Translations under genes and position numbers: made by a program
Source of the DNA: Smithellaceae bacterium
Lineage (GTDB): Bacteria > Desulfobacterota > Syntrophia > Syntrophales > Smithellaceae
Reading direction: 5' to 3'
Assembly (NCBI GenBank): GCA_963667845.2
Contig: CAXXVL010000002.1
Location: 1,312,001-1,376,000 of the forward strand
DNA length: 64,000 nt
Shown: positions 1 through 9,760 of the stretch, one piece after another
Layout of the letters: every line of letters starts with the position of its first letter
Position numbering within the stretch: position 1 is the stretch's first letter
The notes under the pieces: generated by a model
Told to the model about the DNA's origin: nothing
Databases searched by the model: none
What the model saw: the letters and a program-made list of their open reading frames with translations, nothing else

Positions 1-295
1 TCTCTCGGCATCGTTCGCCTCAGAGGTGGTCTCACGTAGCATTTTGACCGGTCAAAGTCAATACCTTTGTCTGCGGCGGCCCCTCTGCGTGATTGGGCGA
101 CACGCAATCTTGATATTTTTTATATTGAATCCTCAAGGAATGGATGAGCGCGGGCGGCGGCGATTTCGCCGGCTCATGGCGTGCGGCGTCGCGGCCGTAT
201 CACCGGCGAACGCCGGAAGAAAACACTGACGCGTGATGGACTGCGTTGTTCCACGAAAAGCAATAATCACGCGCATCTTTTCGCAATACCCGTTA

Positions 296-1882
296 TTACT
301 GATTGGTTAATTTCTTTTTCAGTATTCTGATGAAGGCATGCATTTCCGGGCTTTTGAGCAGGTAGGCGCTGGCAAAGAACGTGATGATGCCAGCGGCAAT
401 GGTCAGGATCAAATACGTCAATCTTATCTTAAATCCGGCCTGCGTGTTCCAGGGCATAAAGTACTGAACCAGCCCGATGGAGCAAAGCATCACAATGGCG
501 GAAAGAATAATCTTCACGATGGACGCATAAAAAGTGCGGTCCAGATAGGTTCCGATCTTGGTTTTCAAGACGTAGGCCAGAACCAGAACATTAACCATGG
601 CGGAAAGGGCACCGGCCAGGGCAATGCCGTTGTGCTTCAGGGGATACATCAGGGCAAGGCTCGCCAGGGCGTTGACGATCAGTGTGATGATCGCCGCTTT
701 GAGCGGCCATTTGGAGTCCTGCAGGGCATAAAAGGAAGAAACAAATACGCGGAGCACCGAAAAAGCCCAGAGCCCCAGCGCATAACAGAACAGTGCCTGC
801 CCGGTGAGCGTCGCGGCCTGCGCGTCAAAAGCGCCGCGCTGAAACAAAACCGAGATGATCGGCAGATTGAGCGCCATCAAGGCCGCCATCGCCGGGAGGG
901 TTAAGAAAAGCATCAACCGAAGCGAGAAGGAAATGCTGGACTTTAGTTCATCCATCTGACCGGCGGCGACATGCCGGGAAAAGCTGGGCAGCGCCGCCGT
1001 GCCGATAGCAATGGCGAAGATGCCCAGCGGGAATTCCATGATCCGGTCGGCATAAAAGAGATACGTCACCGATCCGCCGGGAAGCAGGGATGCCAGAATC
1101 GTCCCGACGAAAACATTGATGGTGCCCACACCTGCGCCTAGAATCGCCGGCAGCATGAGCGTGCCGATTTGCCTCAGTCCCGGATGCTGCAAATTGAAGC
1201 GGAATTTGAACCGGACGCCGAACTTCATGAGTGCCGGCCACTGCATCGCCAGTTGCAGCACGCCGCCGATAAGGACGCCTACGGCAAGCGCCGTGATGGG
1301 CTGGGCAAAGAAATTGCGCAGCGTCAACGCTGCGGCGATCATGGCGATATTGAGCAGGACCGGCGAAAGGGCCGGCGACGTGAAATGCCGGAAGGAATTC
1401 AGAATACCCATGCATAAGGCGACAAGCGCTATGAAGAAGATGTAGGGGAACATCAGGCGGTTTAAGAAAACAGTCAGCGCAAACTTGTCGGGATCGGCAA
1501 TGAAACCCGGTGCGATAAGCCCCACAATGACAGGCGAGATCAGAATGCCCAGCACCGAGACGGCGGCCAGGATGATGGACAGAACCGTAAACGCATTGGA
1601 AGCCAGTTCCACCGCTTCCGCCTTCGTTTTCTTTTGCAGGTATTCGGTAAAGACCGGAACAAAGGACACTGTGAGCGAGCCTTCACCCAGGAGGCGCCTC
1701 AGCATGTTGGGAATGCGAAACGCCACCCAGAAGGCGTCGGTCATCCAGCTCGCGCCGAAAAGCGCGGCGATGACCATGTCCCGGATCACCCCGAACACGC
1801 GGCTCACCATCGTTGCCGCGCCGACAATCCCCGCGGCTTTGGCGACTTTGGCGTTCTCCGACTTCTGGGGCGAGCTCTCCAT
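296..1882 (-). CDS. murJ: Lipid II flippase MurJ (MviN)
   Basis: 528 aa polytopic membrane protein with the MviN motifs SRVFGVIRD, AFRIPNMLRRLLGEG and YADRIMEFPLG. Confidence 0.97.
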   Translation of the reverse strand: MESSPQKSENAKVAKAAGIVGAATMVSRVFGVIRDMVIAALFGASWMTDAFWVAFRIPNMLRRLLGEGSLTVSFVPVFTEYLQKKTKAEAVELASNAFTVLSIILAAVSVLGILISPVIVGLIAPGFIADPDKFALTVFLNRLMFPYIFFIALVALCMGILNSFRHFTSPALSPVLLNIAMIAAALTLRNFFAQPITALAVGVLIGGVLQLAMQWPALMKFGVRFKFRFNLQHPGLRQIGTLMLPAILGAGVGTINVFVGTILASLLPGGSVTYLFYADRIMEFPLGIFAIAIGTAALPSFSRHVAAGQMDELKSSISFSLRLMLFLTLPAMAALMALNLPIISVLFQRGAFDAQAATLTGQALFCYALGLWAFSVLRVFVSSFYALQDSKWPLKAAIITLIVNALASLALMYPLKHNGIALAGALSAMVNVLVLAYVLKTKIGTYLDRTFYASIVKIILSAIVMLCSIGLVQYFMPWNTQAGFKIRLTYLILTIAAGIITFFASAYLLKSPEMHAFIRILKKKLTNQ

Positions 1883-1931
1883 TTCCTGATTACTATTCCT
1901 TAATGTTTTTTGTCGGACTGAAGTTCTGTAT

Positions 1932-2246
1932 TTATGGATGATCGATGTCCAATTTCCGGATTCTCTGTTCCAGCTCCGCTTTACTGATATCAGTCACCAG
2001 AATCGTTTTTTTGCGGCCCTTGGCGCCCGCCGAGATCGTCATCTGACTTTTGCGCAGCCCGAGTTTCTTGGCGATGAGTCCGATGCAGGCCTCGTTTGCC
2101 GCTCCTTCCACCGGCGGCGCGGTGACTTTGACTTTCAGCATGCCCTCCGCAAGGCCCGCGATACCGGCCCGCGATGCGTGCGGATTGACGTGGATGTCGA
2201 AGACGAGGCCGTTCTTTGTTTCTCGAATGAGGGGCGTCTCAGTCAC
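1932..2246 (-). CDS. yggU: DUF167/YggU family protein
   Basis: LKVKVTAPPVEGAANEA motif; next to yggT and proC. Confidence 0.9.
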   Translation of the reverse strand: MTETPLIRETKNGLVFDIHVNPHASRAGIAGLAEGMLKVKVTAPPVEGAANEACIGLIAKKLGLRKSQMTISAGAKGRKKTILVTDISKAELEQRIRKLDIDHP

Positions 2247-2262
2247 CGTTTCCGGACCCTTT

Positions 2263-2571
2263 CTATAAACCGTGCGCTATTTGGATCATCGTCCCGACGA
2301 GGAAATACTGCAAAAACATAATGATCAGCAAAACAATCAGCGGCGCAAAATCTATCGGCAGGCTGTGCCGGGGGATGATTTTGCGTATCGGGCGCAAAAC
2401 GGGTTCGGTAATCCGATACAGAAAAATAACGATCTTATTATAAGGATCAGGATTGACCCAGGAGATGAGCGCGCGGGCGACGATGATCCACATGTATATC
2501 GTGAGAACGATATCCATAACTTTCGCGAGCGCGATAATAAAATTACTCGTGCTGATGGCAAACATATCCAT
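2263..2571 (-). CDS. yggT: YggT family membrane protein
   Basis: ALISWVNPDPYN...TEPVLRPIR...IDFAPL. Confidence 0.93.
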   Translation of the reverse strand: MDMFAISTSNFIIALAKVMDIVLTIYMWIIVARALISWVNPDPYNKIVIFLYRITEPVLRPIRKIIPRHSLPIDFAPLIVLLIIMFLQYFLVGTMIQIAHGL

Positions 2572-2580
2572 GTCGATCCT

Positions 2581-3381
2581 CTAAGCTGATGTCGTATGCG
2601 CCGCTTGCGGCAGTGCCGCGGCGAAATCCTTGAGGGCGTTGTTCAATGCCTCCGGCTTTTCCATCATCACCATGTGACCCGCGCCGGGAATAAGAACAAA
2701 TCTTGCCTGTGTGATACCGTCGGCAATCCGCCGCGAGAATTCCGGCGGCGTCATTTTATCCTCCGTGCCGCAGATCGCGAGCGTGGGAGCGACGATTTTC
2801 TTGACGTCTCCCGCGATATCGAATTTACTGCAGGCCAGCATATCGCCGGCCACAACGTCAACGCCGGCTTCGCCCAGACTGGCGCGCAGGGCGTCGAAAA
2901 GTTTGGCGCGGTTTTCTTTGGCCAGTGAAAATTTGCACATCAGGTCCATAACGACATCCGGCTGCGCGCGAAACCCGGTGAGGATGTCAGGATTGACCGG
3001 CATGGTCAGTCCGCCGCCTAGGCAGACGATGCCGCTTGCGTCCTGCGGGTAAGCGGCTGCAAAATCCAGGGCAATGGCTGCGCCCAGTGAATGACCGACG
3101 ATGATCGGGCGCGGCAGGTTTAACACGCCGAGAATATCCTTTAAGATGAGAGCGTATGTCCGGATGTCCTGTGCTCCGTGGCCGCCGGATTTCCCATGCC
3201 CGGGGAGGTCGACGGCGGCGATGTTGAACGCCTTGTGCAGCTCGGCATACTGAAAGGACCAGGCGCCGGAATTACCGCCCGAGCCGTGAATAAAAACAAG
3301 ACTCTGCGCCCTGGTTCCGAAATCCTGCGGATTGATCCAGCAGGCCACCGTATTTTCTTTAACCGCGAAATTCTTCAGCAT
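2581..3381 (-). CDS. Alpha/beta fold hydrolase
   Basis: HGSGG, DLPGHG, GHSLG nucleophile elbow, C-terminal GH. Confidence 0.9.
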   Translation of the reverse strand: MLKNFAVKENTVACWINPQDFGTRAQSLVFIHGSGGNSGAWSFQYAELHKAFNIAAVDLPGHGKSGGHGAQDIRTYALILKDILGVLNLPRPIIVGHSLGAAIALDFAAAYPQDASGIVCLGGGLTMPVNPDILTGFRAQPDVVMDLMCKFSLAKENRAKLFDALRASLGEAGVDVVAGDMLACSKFDIAGDVKKIVAPTLAICGTEDKMTPPEFSRRIADGITQARFVLIPGAGHMVMMEKPEALNNALKDFAAALPQAAHTTSA

Positions 3382-3542
3382 CCTTTTTCACCTCTCTCCC
3401 GCAAACGGAGTATCACAAAAGCATTTTTTAATGCAATGGAAGAATGATACCGAAGTCCTTTCGTACCGATAAGGAATTTTATTGACAGGACGCAGCAAAA
3501 AAGTGCATGTATTTGACTATCACGGCCGGGGGTTCAACAACT

Positions 3543-4358
3543 ATGTTTACAGGTAAAAAAATCGCCATTATCGGCGGCGGGAAGATGGGCGGTATTTTGG
3601 CCCGGGGGATCATCAGCTGCAAAATCCTTTCCGCCCAGGATATTACGGTGACGGATATTGATCAGGCAAGGCTCGAAGAGTTGCGCGCATCGCTGAAAGT
3701 AAAAGTCACCGCCGACAACAAGAAGGCCGTGAGAGAAGCCGATATTATCGTCCTTGCGGTCAAACCCCAGAATTTTCCGGAAACCCTGAAATCAATTCGT
3801 GCGGTTGCCGTAAAGTCGAAGCTGTTCATTTCGATTGCGGCGGGAGTGACAACGGATTCCATTGAAAAGGCGTTAACGAAGACGCCGCGGGTATTGAGAG
3901 TGATGCCGAACGTCAACGCGCTTGCCGGTGAAGGCGCTGCCGCCGTGGCCCGCGGGCATTTCGCGCAGAAAAATGACGTACAGTATGCCCTGACGATTTT
4001 AAATGCGGTGGGTCTGGCCGTGGAAGTGGATGAAAAACTGATGGACGCCGTGACCGGCCTGAGCGGCAGCGGCCCGGCATATTGTTTTTTGATGATCGAG
4101 GCGTTGACCGATGCCGGCGTGCATCTGGGGCTTCCGCGCGATCTGGCCGAGAAATTGGCCGCGCAGACGATGCTGGGTTCGGCCCGTCTGTGTCTCACGA
4201 GCAATCAGCATCCCGCGCAACTAAAAAATATGGTGACTTCTCCGGGCGGCACCACTGCTGCCGGATTAAAAGTTTTGGAGGAGGGCAGTATCCGCGCCAC
4301 GCTGATGGCCGCTGTGGAGGCTGCGGCCAAACGTTCGAAAGAACTTGCCGGTTCATGA
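3543..4358 (+). CDS. proC: Pyrroline-5-carboxylate reductase
   Basis: IGGGKMG, LAVKPQ, RVMPN, GLSGSGPAY, VTSPGGTT; start placed at ATG 3543. Confidence 0.97.
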   Translation: MFTGKKIAIIGGGKMGGILARGIISCKILSAQDITVTDIDQARLEELRASLKVKVTADNKKAVREADIIVLAVKPQNFPETLKSIRAVAVKSKLFISIAAGVTTDSIEKALTKTPRVLRVMPNVNALAGEGAAAVARGHFAQKNDVQYALTILNAVGLAVEVDEKLMDAVTGLSGSGPAYCFLMIEALTDAGVHLGLPRDLAEKLAAQTMLGSARLCLTSNQHPAQLKNMVTSPGGTTAAGLKVLEEGSIRATLMAAVEAAAKRSKELAGS

Positions 4359-4418
4359 TCAACCGGGATGATCGGGCGATAGAGGGATAGCGTTATAGAA
4401 CATAAAGGAGGATCACGG

Positions 4419-6203
4419 ATGATGTCGGAAAGAAGAAGGTTGAAAGCGCGTTATTATTCGTTGCCGAATATGTTCCTGTGCTGTGCCGTATTGCTTCTTC
4501 TGATCTGGGGATGCGGAGGCGCCAAAAATGTTCAGGTTCCCGGCCAGGGGCCATCCAAGGCCGTCGCGGCCGCTGGGGCAGCAGCGGAACGCCAGACGAC
4601 GGAGGGCATGGTTGTCGGTGAGGAAAATCCTGCCACCCAAACGAATTCCTGGATCGCGATTCCCTATGCTCAGCCGCCCATAGGCGCGCTGCGCTGGAGA
4701 GCGCCCCAGCCTCCGGGAAAGCGTTCGCAGCCCCTGAAAACCACCAAATTTTGTTCGATCTGCCCCCAGTATATCGACCACGACCGCAACCCCGCGACGC
4801 CTCAGGTCGTCATGGGCAGTGAAGACTGTTTGTATCTGAATATCTGGGCTCCGAAAAACGTTGCCGGCAACCTGCCCGTGTTCTTCTGGATTCACGGCGG
4901 CGGCAACAGCATTCAGTGGCCGCTTCTGTCCCTGCAGGACGGGGGCATCCTGGCCAGCCGCGGCAACATGATTGTCGTCACCGTCAACTATCGACTGGGC
5001 CCTATGGGTTTCTATAGCCATCCTGCGCTGCAAACCGGCGATCCCGCCGGAGATTCGGGAAACTACGCCATCCTGGATATCATCGCGGCATTAAACTGGG
5101 TGCAGGCCAATATTAAGAATTTCGGCGGCGACCCCGGCAATGTGACGATCGTGGGGGAGTCGACCGGCGGAGAGAATGTTTATTCTCTGGTGGCTTCACC
5201 TGCGGCCCGCGGGTTATTCCAGCGGGCGATTTCGGAAAGCGGCGTGATTCGTCCCTCGACGCCCGCGCAGGGCACGGCGCATATTAACGGGATTCTGGCC
5301 AAAATGATGGTGAAAGACGGGAAAGCCGCTGATGTGGATGCTGCGGCAAAACTTCTGGGAGCCATGTCGGCGAAAGATATTGACGCCTACATGAGATCGA
5401 AGACGGCGGCGGATTTTCTGGCGATGTATCCCGAAGGAAAAGCGCAGGGCATGATCTCTTTTCCCACATCTTATGGCGACGGCAAGATTCTGCCGGTTGA
5501 TTTTTACGGTGCGTTGACCTCCGGCAATTACAGTAAAGTTCCCATGATTTTAGGAACGAATAAGGAAGAATCCAAACTCTTTCTGAGAGGCGTTAAACCC
5601 TTTGCAGATTGGCGTCAGGACGGTTCTCTATTCAAGGATCCGGCTAAGACCGAATTATATGATCTGGCGGCCGGGTATCAGAGTGACGCCTGGAAGGTGA
5701 TGGCTGTGGATCGGCCCGCGAGAATTCTGCGGGACAATGACGGCCAGCCTTTTATCTTTACGTATCAGTTTTTATGGGGCGCGGGCGGGGCAAAAAACAA
5801 TGTTATCAATCCGCCGCTGAATATCATTCTGGGCTCGTGCCACGCGATGGAAATCGATTTTGTTTTCGGAACGGAGAAAGCGTCTCTGGGAGCAGTGGTC
5901 TTTAACGATAAAAACAAGCCCGGGCGCGTGGCGCTCCAAAATGCCATGATGGATTACTGGTCGCAGTTTGCCCGGACGGGCAACCCCAACCGCGAAAAGT
6001 CCGGTCTGCCCAAGTGGTCGCCCTGGTCCAATATCCAGGGATTGCCCAAGACGCTGAGTCTGGATGCTGATCTGGAAAAGGCCAAAATCACGATGGGTCG
6101 AAGCGAACTCACCGAAGAAATGCTGGTAGAGGCGCTCAAGGCCGAACCGCGTCAGAAAGAGATACAGCCTTTCTGGGATGCCTCGTTCCTTCGCCGGCGA
6201 TAG
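4419..6203 (+). CDS. Type-B carboxylesterase, probable lipoprotein
   Basis: SEDCLYLNIW, WIHGGG, GESTGG nucleophile, FGGDPGNVT; lipobox-like LIWGC. Confidence 0.9.
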   Translation: MMSERRRLKARYYSLPNMFLCCAVLLLLIWGCGGAKNVQVPGQGPSKAVAAAGAAAERQTTEGMVVGEENPATQTNSWIAIPYAQPPIGALRWRAPQPPGKRSQPLKTTKFCSICPQYIDHDRNPATPQVVMGSEDCLYLNIWAPKNVAGNLPVFFWIHGGGNSIQWPLLSLQDGGILASRGNMIVVTVNYRLGPMGFYSHPALQTGDPAGDSGNYAILDIIAALNWVQANIKNFGGDPGNVTIVGESTGGENVYSLVASPAARGLFQRAISESGVIRPSTPAQGTAHINGILAKMMVKDGKAADVDAAAKLLGAMSAKDIDAYMRSKTAADFLAMYPEGKAQGMISFPTSYGDGKILPVDFYGALTSGNYSKVPMILGTNKEESKLFLRGVKPFADWRQDGSLFKDPAKTELYDLAAGYQSDAWKVMAVDRPARILRDNDGQPFIFTYQFLWGAGGAKNNVINPPLNIILGSCHAMEIDFVFGTEKASLGAVVFNDKNKPGRVALQNAMMDYWSQFARTGNPNREKSGLPKWSPWSNIQGLPKTLSLDADLEKAKITMGRSELTEEMLVEALKAEPRQKEIQPFWDASFLRRR

Positions 6204-6278
6204 TGAAGAAATGGCCTCGTTTGATGGCGAGGCTTTCGAATGGTTATAAATTAAATCAGAAGCAAGGAGATTGTTGAT

Positions 6279-7067
6279 ATGGAAGTTAAAGGTAAGGTTG
6301 TTGTTGTAACGGGCGCGGCCTCCGGCATCGGCAAAGGGTTGTGTCTGCGGTTTGCCAAAGAAGGCGCCAAAGCAATTGTTGCGGCGGACGTTAATGAAGC
6401 AGGCGCGAAAGCTGTAGCTGATCAAGTCAAGGGCGACGCCGTTGCCTGCGATGTGCGTAAAGAAGCGGATATTATCCGGCTGGCCAAATTTACGGAAGAC
6501 AAGTACGGCCGCATTGATTTGTTCTGCTCCAACGCCGGGATCATTGCCATCGGCGGTTATGAAGTGGACAACGAATCGTGGCAGCGCATCTGGGAAATTA
6601 ACGTCCTCGCGCATGTTTTCGCAGCGCGGGCGGTCATGCCCGGCATGATCAAACGCGGCGGCGGAGCTTTCATGATTACCGCTTCGGCGGCGGGGCTCCT
6701 GAGCCAGATCGGCTCGCTCCCTTATTCCGTCACCAAACACGCGGCGGTCGGAATGGCGGAAAACCTGGCGATTACGTATGGTGATCAGGGGATTCAGGTT
6801 TTTGCTTTGTGTCCGCAGGCGGTGGATACGGAAATGACCAAGCTAAGCGAAGGCGGCGGCGTGGCCGGTGTTGACGGCCTGATGAAGCCCGAACAGCTGG
6901 CGGACGCCGTCATGGAATCTTTTGCCGCCGATGAATTTTTAATTCTCCCGCACAAGGAAGTCAAAACCTACATGCAGAGAAAAGCGGCGGACTACACCCG
7001 GTGGCTTCAGGGGATGCGCCGGCTGCAGCAGCGGTTTTTTTCGGGGGGGCCTCTGAAAACAAAATAA
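6279..7067 (+). CDS. Short-chain dehydrogenase/reductase
   Basis: TGAASGIG, NAG, YSVTK. Confidence 0.93.
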   Translation: MEVKGKVVVVTGAASGIGKGLCLRFAKEGAKAIVAADVNEAGAKAVADQVKGDAVACDVRKEADIIRLAKFTEDKYGRIDLFCSNAGIIAIGGYEVDNESWQRIWEINVLAHVFAARAVMPGMIKRGGGAFMITASAAGLLSQIGSLPYSVTKHAAVGMAENLAITYGDQGIQVFALCPQAVDTEMTKLSEGGGVAGVDGLMKPEQLADAVMESFAADEFLILPHKEVKTYMQRKAADYTRWLQGMRRLQQRFFSGGPLKTK

Positions 7068-7142
7068 TCAAACGCAGGGAGCGGTTTGCCCCGAACCGTG
7101 CGGACAAACCGTTCCCTTTGCACGTCAAGAAGGGAGAAATCT

Positions 7143-7484
7143 ATGAGCCCGAACGAGTCATGCGCTGTAGTGGATAACCTTCGTGATCTGGAACAAGCTC
7201 TCAAGGAAAAAGGCAGAATCATCGCCATGGTTTATGCGTCCTGGTGTCCTTTCTGCCGGAAAGCGCTGCCCGTTTTTGAAAAACAGGCAAGCGAAACGCC
7301 GCATACTCTGCTGCTGGTGACCGATGACGAGGAACATGTGGCGGACTTATACGGAATTGATATTTTTCCGACACTGATCCTTTTCGAAAAAGGACAGGTC
7401 GTCAAGCGCCTGGACGGCAAACCCGGCATTGGCCTGAATGATAAACAGATTGCCGATTTTATTCAATCCTGCACCCAGGGATAA
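7143..7484 (+). CDS. Thioredoxin family protein
   Basis: WCPFC and IFPT; GGGAG RBS before ATG 7143. Confidence 0.88.
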   Translation: MSPNESCAVVDNLRDLEQALKEKGRIIAMVYASWCPFCRKALPVFEKQASETPHTLLLVTDDEEHVADLYGIDIFPTLILFEKGQVVKRLDGKPGIGLNDKQIADFIQSCTQG

Positions 7485-7513
7485 TCCCGGGCAGGATCCG
7501 GAGCATAACTCGT

Positions 7514-7825
7514 TTGGATATTGTCGTTAAATACTGCGGCGGCTGCAACTGTCAAATCGATAGATCAAAGATCATCAAAGATATTGAAATCCCGCTTGGA
7601 GCGGACCATCACGTCACGACGGACGCGGCTGCCGAACCTTATGAGGCCGGCATCCTGATCTGCGGCTGTCCTGCGGCCTGCGCCCGCAAGCCCGAGCTTG
7701 ACGGTTTGGCCAAACGCTGGGTGGTGATTGCCGGCAAGACCGTCGATAGCCGCGAACTGCCGGAAGAGCGCATCGCGGCGGCAGTCGTTCAAATCATAAA
7801 AGAAATCATAAACGGAGAAATATAA
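7514..7825 (+). CDS. Cys-rich hypothetical protein (possible metal or Fe-S binding)
   Basis: KYCGGCN...ICGCPAAC; GGAG RBS before TTG. Confidence 0.7.
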   Translation: MDIVVKYCGGCNCQIDRSKIIKDIEIPLGADHHVTTDAAAEPYEAGILICGCPAACARKPELDGLAKRWVVIAGKTVDSRELPEERIAAAVVQIIKEIINGEI

Positions 7826-7899
7826 AATAAATCCTAATACGCCGAGGAAGCCGGCGACGACGCCAACAAGGGTAGCGCTTGAAGTGGAAGTGGAATATT

Positions 7900-7953
7900 A
7901 AGGCTGATAGGCTGTTGAATAGCCTGATAGACTGTAGGCTGTAGGCTGATAGC
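7900..7953. repeat. Short tandem 7-8-mer repeats (TAGGCTG-like)
   Basis: aggctgataggctg...tagactgtaggctgtaggctgatagc; a reverse-complement-type tract lies at about 9575-9606. Confidence 0.6.
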
Positions 7954-8107
7954 CAAAAACCGAAACTGAAAATTAATTAGGCAAGAAAAAGAGCCTTATC
8001 GTCCGTCCGGTGGCAAGGCTCCTGATGATGGGTGTAAGGTGTTGTGAAAAATTCAGCCGGAGCACGGCAGGCGTTGCGATCGGCTGTATTGTTTTTTCGG
8101 ATAAGTC

Positions 8108-8133
8108 GTCATTCCCGCGCAGGCGGGAATCCA
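8108..8133. repeat. REP-like palindrome GTCATTCCCGCGCAGGCGGGAATCCA
   Basis: ATTCCC-N8-GGGAAT hairpin, a widespread extragenic palindrome type. Confidence 0.75.
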
Positions 8134-8210
8134 AAATTTTAATGTAATCTTATTGTCTATCTGGAAAATGGATCTGTTATTAATTGTGAGAAAGAGAATT
8201 CTCAGGGGAG

Positions 8211-8385
8211 GCAGTTACACCGAGGCGTGCCTTTGCTCAATGCCTTCAACTATAGCGCTACGCTCATTACCCGACAGCCGAAAACTCGCCTTCGGCTCAA
8301 ACAGTTCGGCTGTCTTATGCTCCATTTCGCCGAGCGCCACAACGTTTCAGGCATAATTCGCTAAGCCACACCCCGCTGCAACTGC
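8211..8385. repeat. About 175-bp imperfect long hairpin (MITE/REP-like)
   Basis: Nested inverted repeats gcagtt/aactgc, atgcct/aggcat, gacagccgaa/ttcggctgtc. Confidence 0.65.
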
Positions 8386-8453
8386 GGATTTATCGAGATT
8401 CTTAAATACTTGAGGGCGTCCCTGATCCCCCCTTGCTTTTGTTAGAGAATATT

Positions 8454-8975
8454 TTAACTTTTGAATGGTAATTCTTGTATGAACCATTTCAAACGCTCTT
8501 CAGCAACTTTTGCTTTTTCTTTGTTGGTAAACAAATTTACTAAAAATTGATCTATTCCTTTATAAAAAGATTCAGCGAGTGCCGGTATAGAAACCATAAC
8601 TAATTTATCATTTACTGCCGGATTAAATCTTATTTCAGGGACAGCTTCGGACATATAACCGACCATCCTGCATCTACCATCACGGCTCATTTTGGAAACA
8701 ACGCCATATGTATGTAACATAGCACATCTTGCGCCATACAAATCAGAGCCGGTTATTTGTTCTGTGCAAGGAAATTTAATATAGCGGTCAACCCAATCTA
8801 TAAAGTCAGTTTTGGTCACATCTTTTTGTGATGCAGGCATATTAAGAAATGCCATAGAATCAATTCCAGAAAGAATCAAAATTACCGCAGATCCATAGCA
8901 GTTATTTGCAACTGCTACCTTGATTCCTTCTTTTATGCCTCCATAGATTGCATTTGTTATCGGATCTCTTTCCAT
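8454..8975 (-). CDS. Integron-cassette-like ORF with HEPN-like R-x4-H motif
   Basis: AT-rich 173 aa ORF with YGARCAMLH; bounded by GTTGGAG and CTCTAAC core sites on the minus strand. Confidence 0.75.
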   Translation of the reverse strand: MERDPITNAIYGGIKEGIKVAVANNCYGSAVILILSGIDSMAFLNMPASQKDVTKTDFIDWVDRYIKFPCTEQITGSDLYGARCAMLHTYGVVSKMSRDGRCRMVGYMSEAVPEIRFNPAVNDKLVMVSIPALAESFYKGIDQFLVNLFTNKEKAKVAEERLKWFIQELPFKS

Positions 8976-8989
8976 TGTTTATTCCTTTA

Positions 8990-9045
8990 CTCCAACAACG
9001 AAATCACCCGGAGCGCAGCGATCGGGTGTATTGATTTTGTTGTAC
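8990..9045 (-). mobile_element. attC-like recombination site
   Basis: Minus strand GTACAAC-AAAATC-AATACACCCG-ATCGCTGCGCTC-CGGGTGATT-TCGTT-GTTGGAG: R''/L''/L'/R' hairpin with one extra base in L''. Confidence 0.78.
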
Positions 9046-9055
9046 TATTAATTCT

Positions 9056-9337
9056 CTATTGAAGTTCACCTTTCTTAAATGCGAGCGCTAACCGAGAAAT
9101 GTAATCCTCTCCGCTTTCGAAAATAACATATCCTTGGATTTGGTCCCACGCCAAAGATGCAGTGAGGCCAGACAGCCAACCGTTTTGAGAACTACCTTCT
9201 ACGATTCTACCAGTTACAAACAGTTTGCCGTTTTGAAGTTCAAATGTTGGATTGTGGATCGTGGTATCATATTCAGAGTTTGCAAGGTAAAACAAAACTG
9301 CTTTGTCTTTGAAGTTTGGTGCTTTGTCAGGATGCAT
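9056..9337 (-). CDS. Integron-cassette-like hypothetical protein
   Basis: 93 aa ORF with AAGGA RBS, preceded by a GTTATAC core (9361-9367) and followed by the attC-like site. Confidence 0.72.
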   Translation of the reverse strand: MHPDKAPNFKDKAVLFYLANSEYDTTIHNPTFELQNGKLFVTGRIVEGSSQNGWLSGLTASLAWDQIQGYVIFESGEDYISRLALAFKKGELQ

Positions 9338-9641
9338 GTTAGATTCCTTTTTAAGTTTTTGTATAACAATTAATATATGTAATATGCAAAACCTGGTTTT
9401 TTGTACAAAATTTGTTTTTTGGAGATGATTTCAGCTAGCACAAAAAGTGTTTAAATATCAATTAAATATTAATTGTCGCTATCCATAATTGGTCTTTGTT
9501 ATCTGCAAATGCAGAAGTGGTTTTTTCCTTGGTTTTTGGCAGGTATCGTCAGAACTATTGATGGCCTTTTTTCCTATAGCCTAACAGCCTAAAGCCTAAT
9601 AGCCTGTTTTTCCTTGAGCAAAAACCGTCAGATAGACCAAT

Positions 9642-9734
9642 TGACCAACTAGTCACTATAAATATCGTTTAAAAAACATAGTCTGACTATGGAATGAAAT
9701 AATACTTGACAGTGCCACTATGGTAAGCTAGGTT
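9642..9734 (+). promoter_or_regulatory. Putative sigma70 promoter and operator palindromes of the TetR/dehydratase cluster
   Basis: TGACCAACTAGTCA (9642-9655), CATAGTCTGACTATG (9677-9691), TTGACA(9706)-17 bp-TAGGTT. Confidence 0.55.
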
Positions 9735-9760
9735 ATGGCCCAGTGAAAAAGGATGTCTTT

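Noticed and set aside
26..229. 67-aa ORF at the window start
   Set aside because: No motif support and incomplete context at the window edge
5772..6740. 322-aa minus-strand ORF
   Set aside because: Overlaps the esterase and SDR genes on the opposite strand; shadow ORF
9370..9740. Integron integrase expected next to the attI-like site
   Set aside because: No tyrosine-recombinase ORF or recognisable remnant; the next gene is TetR
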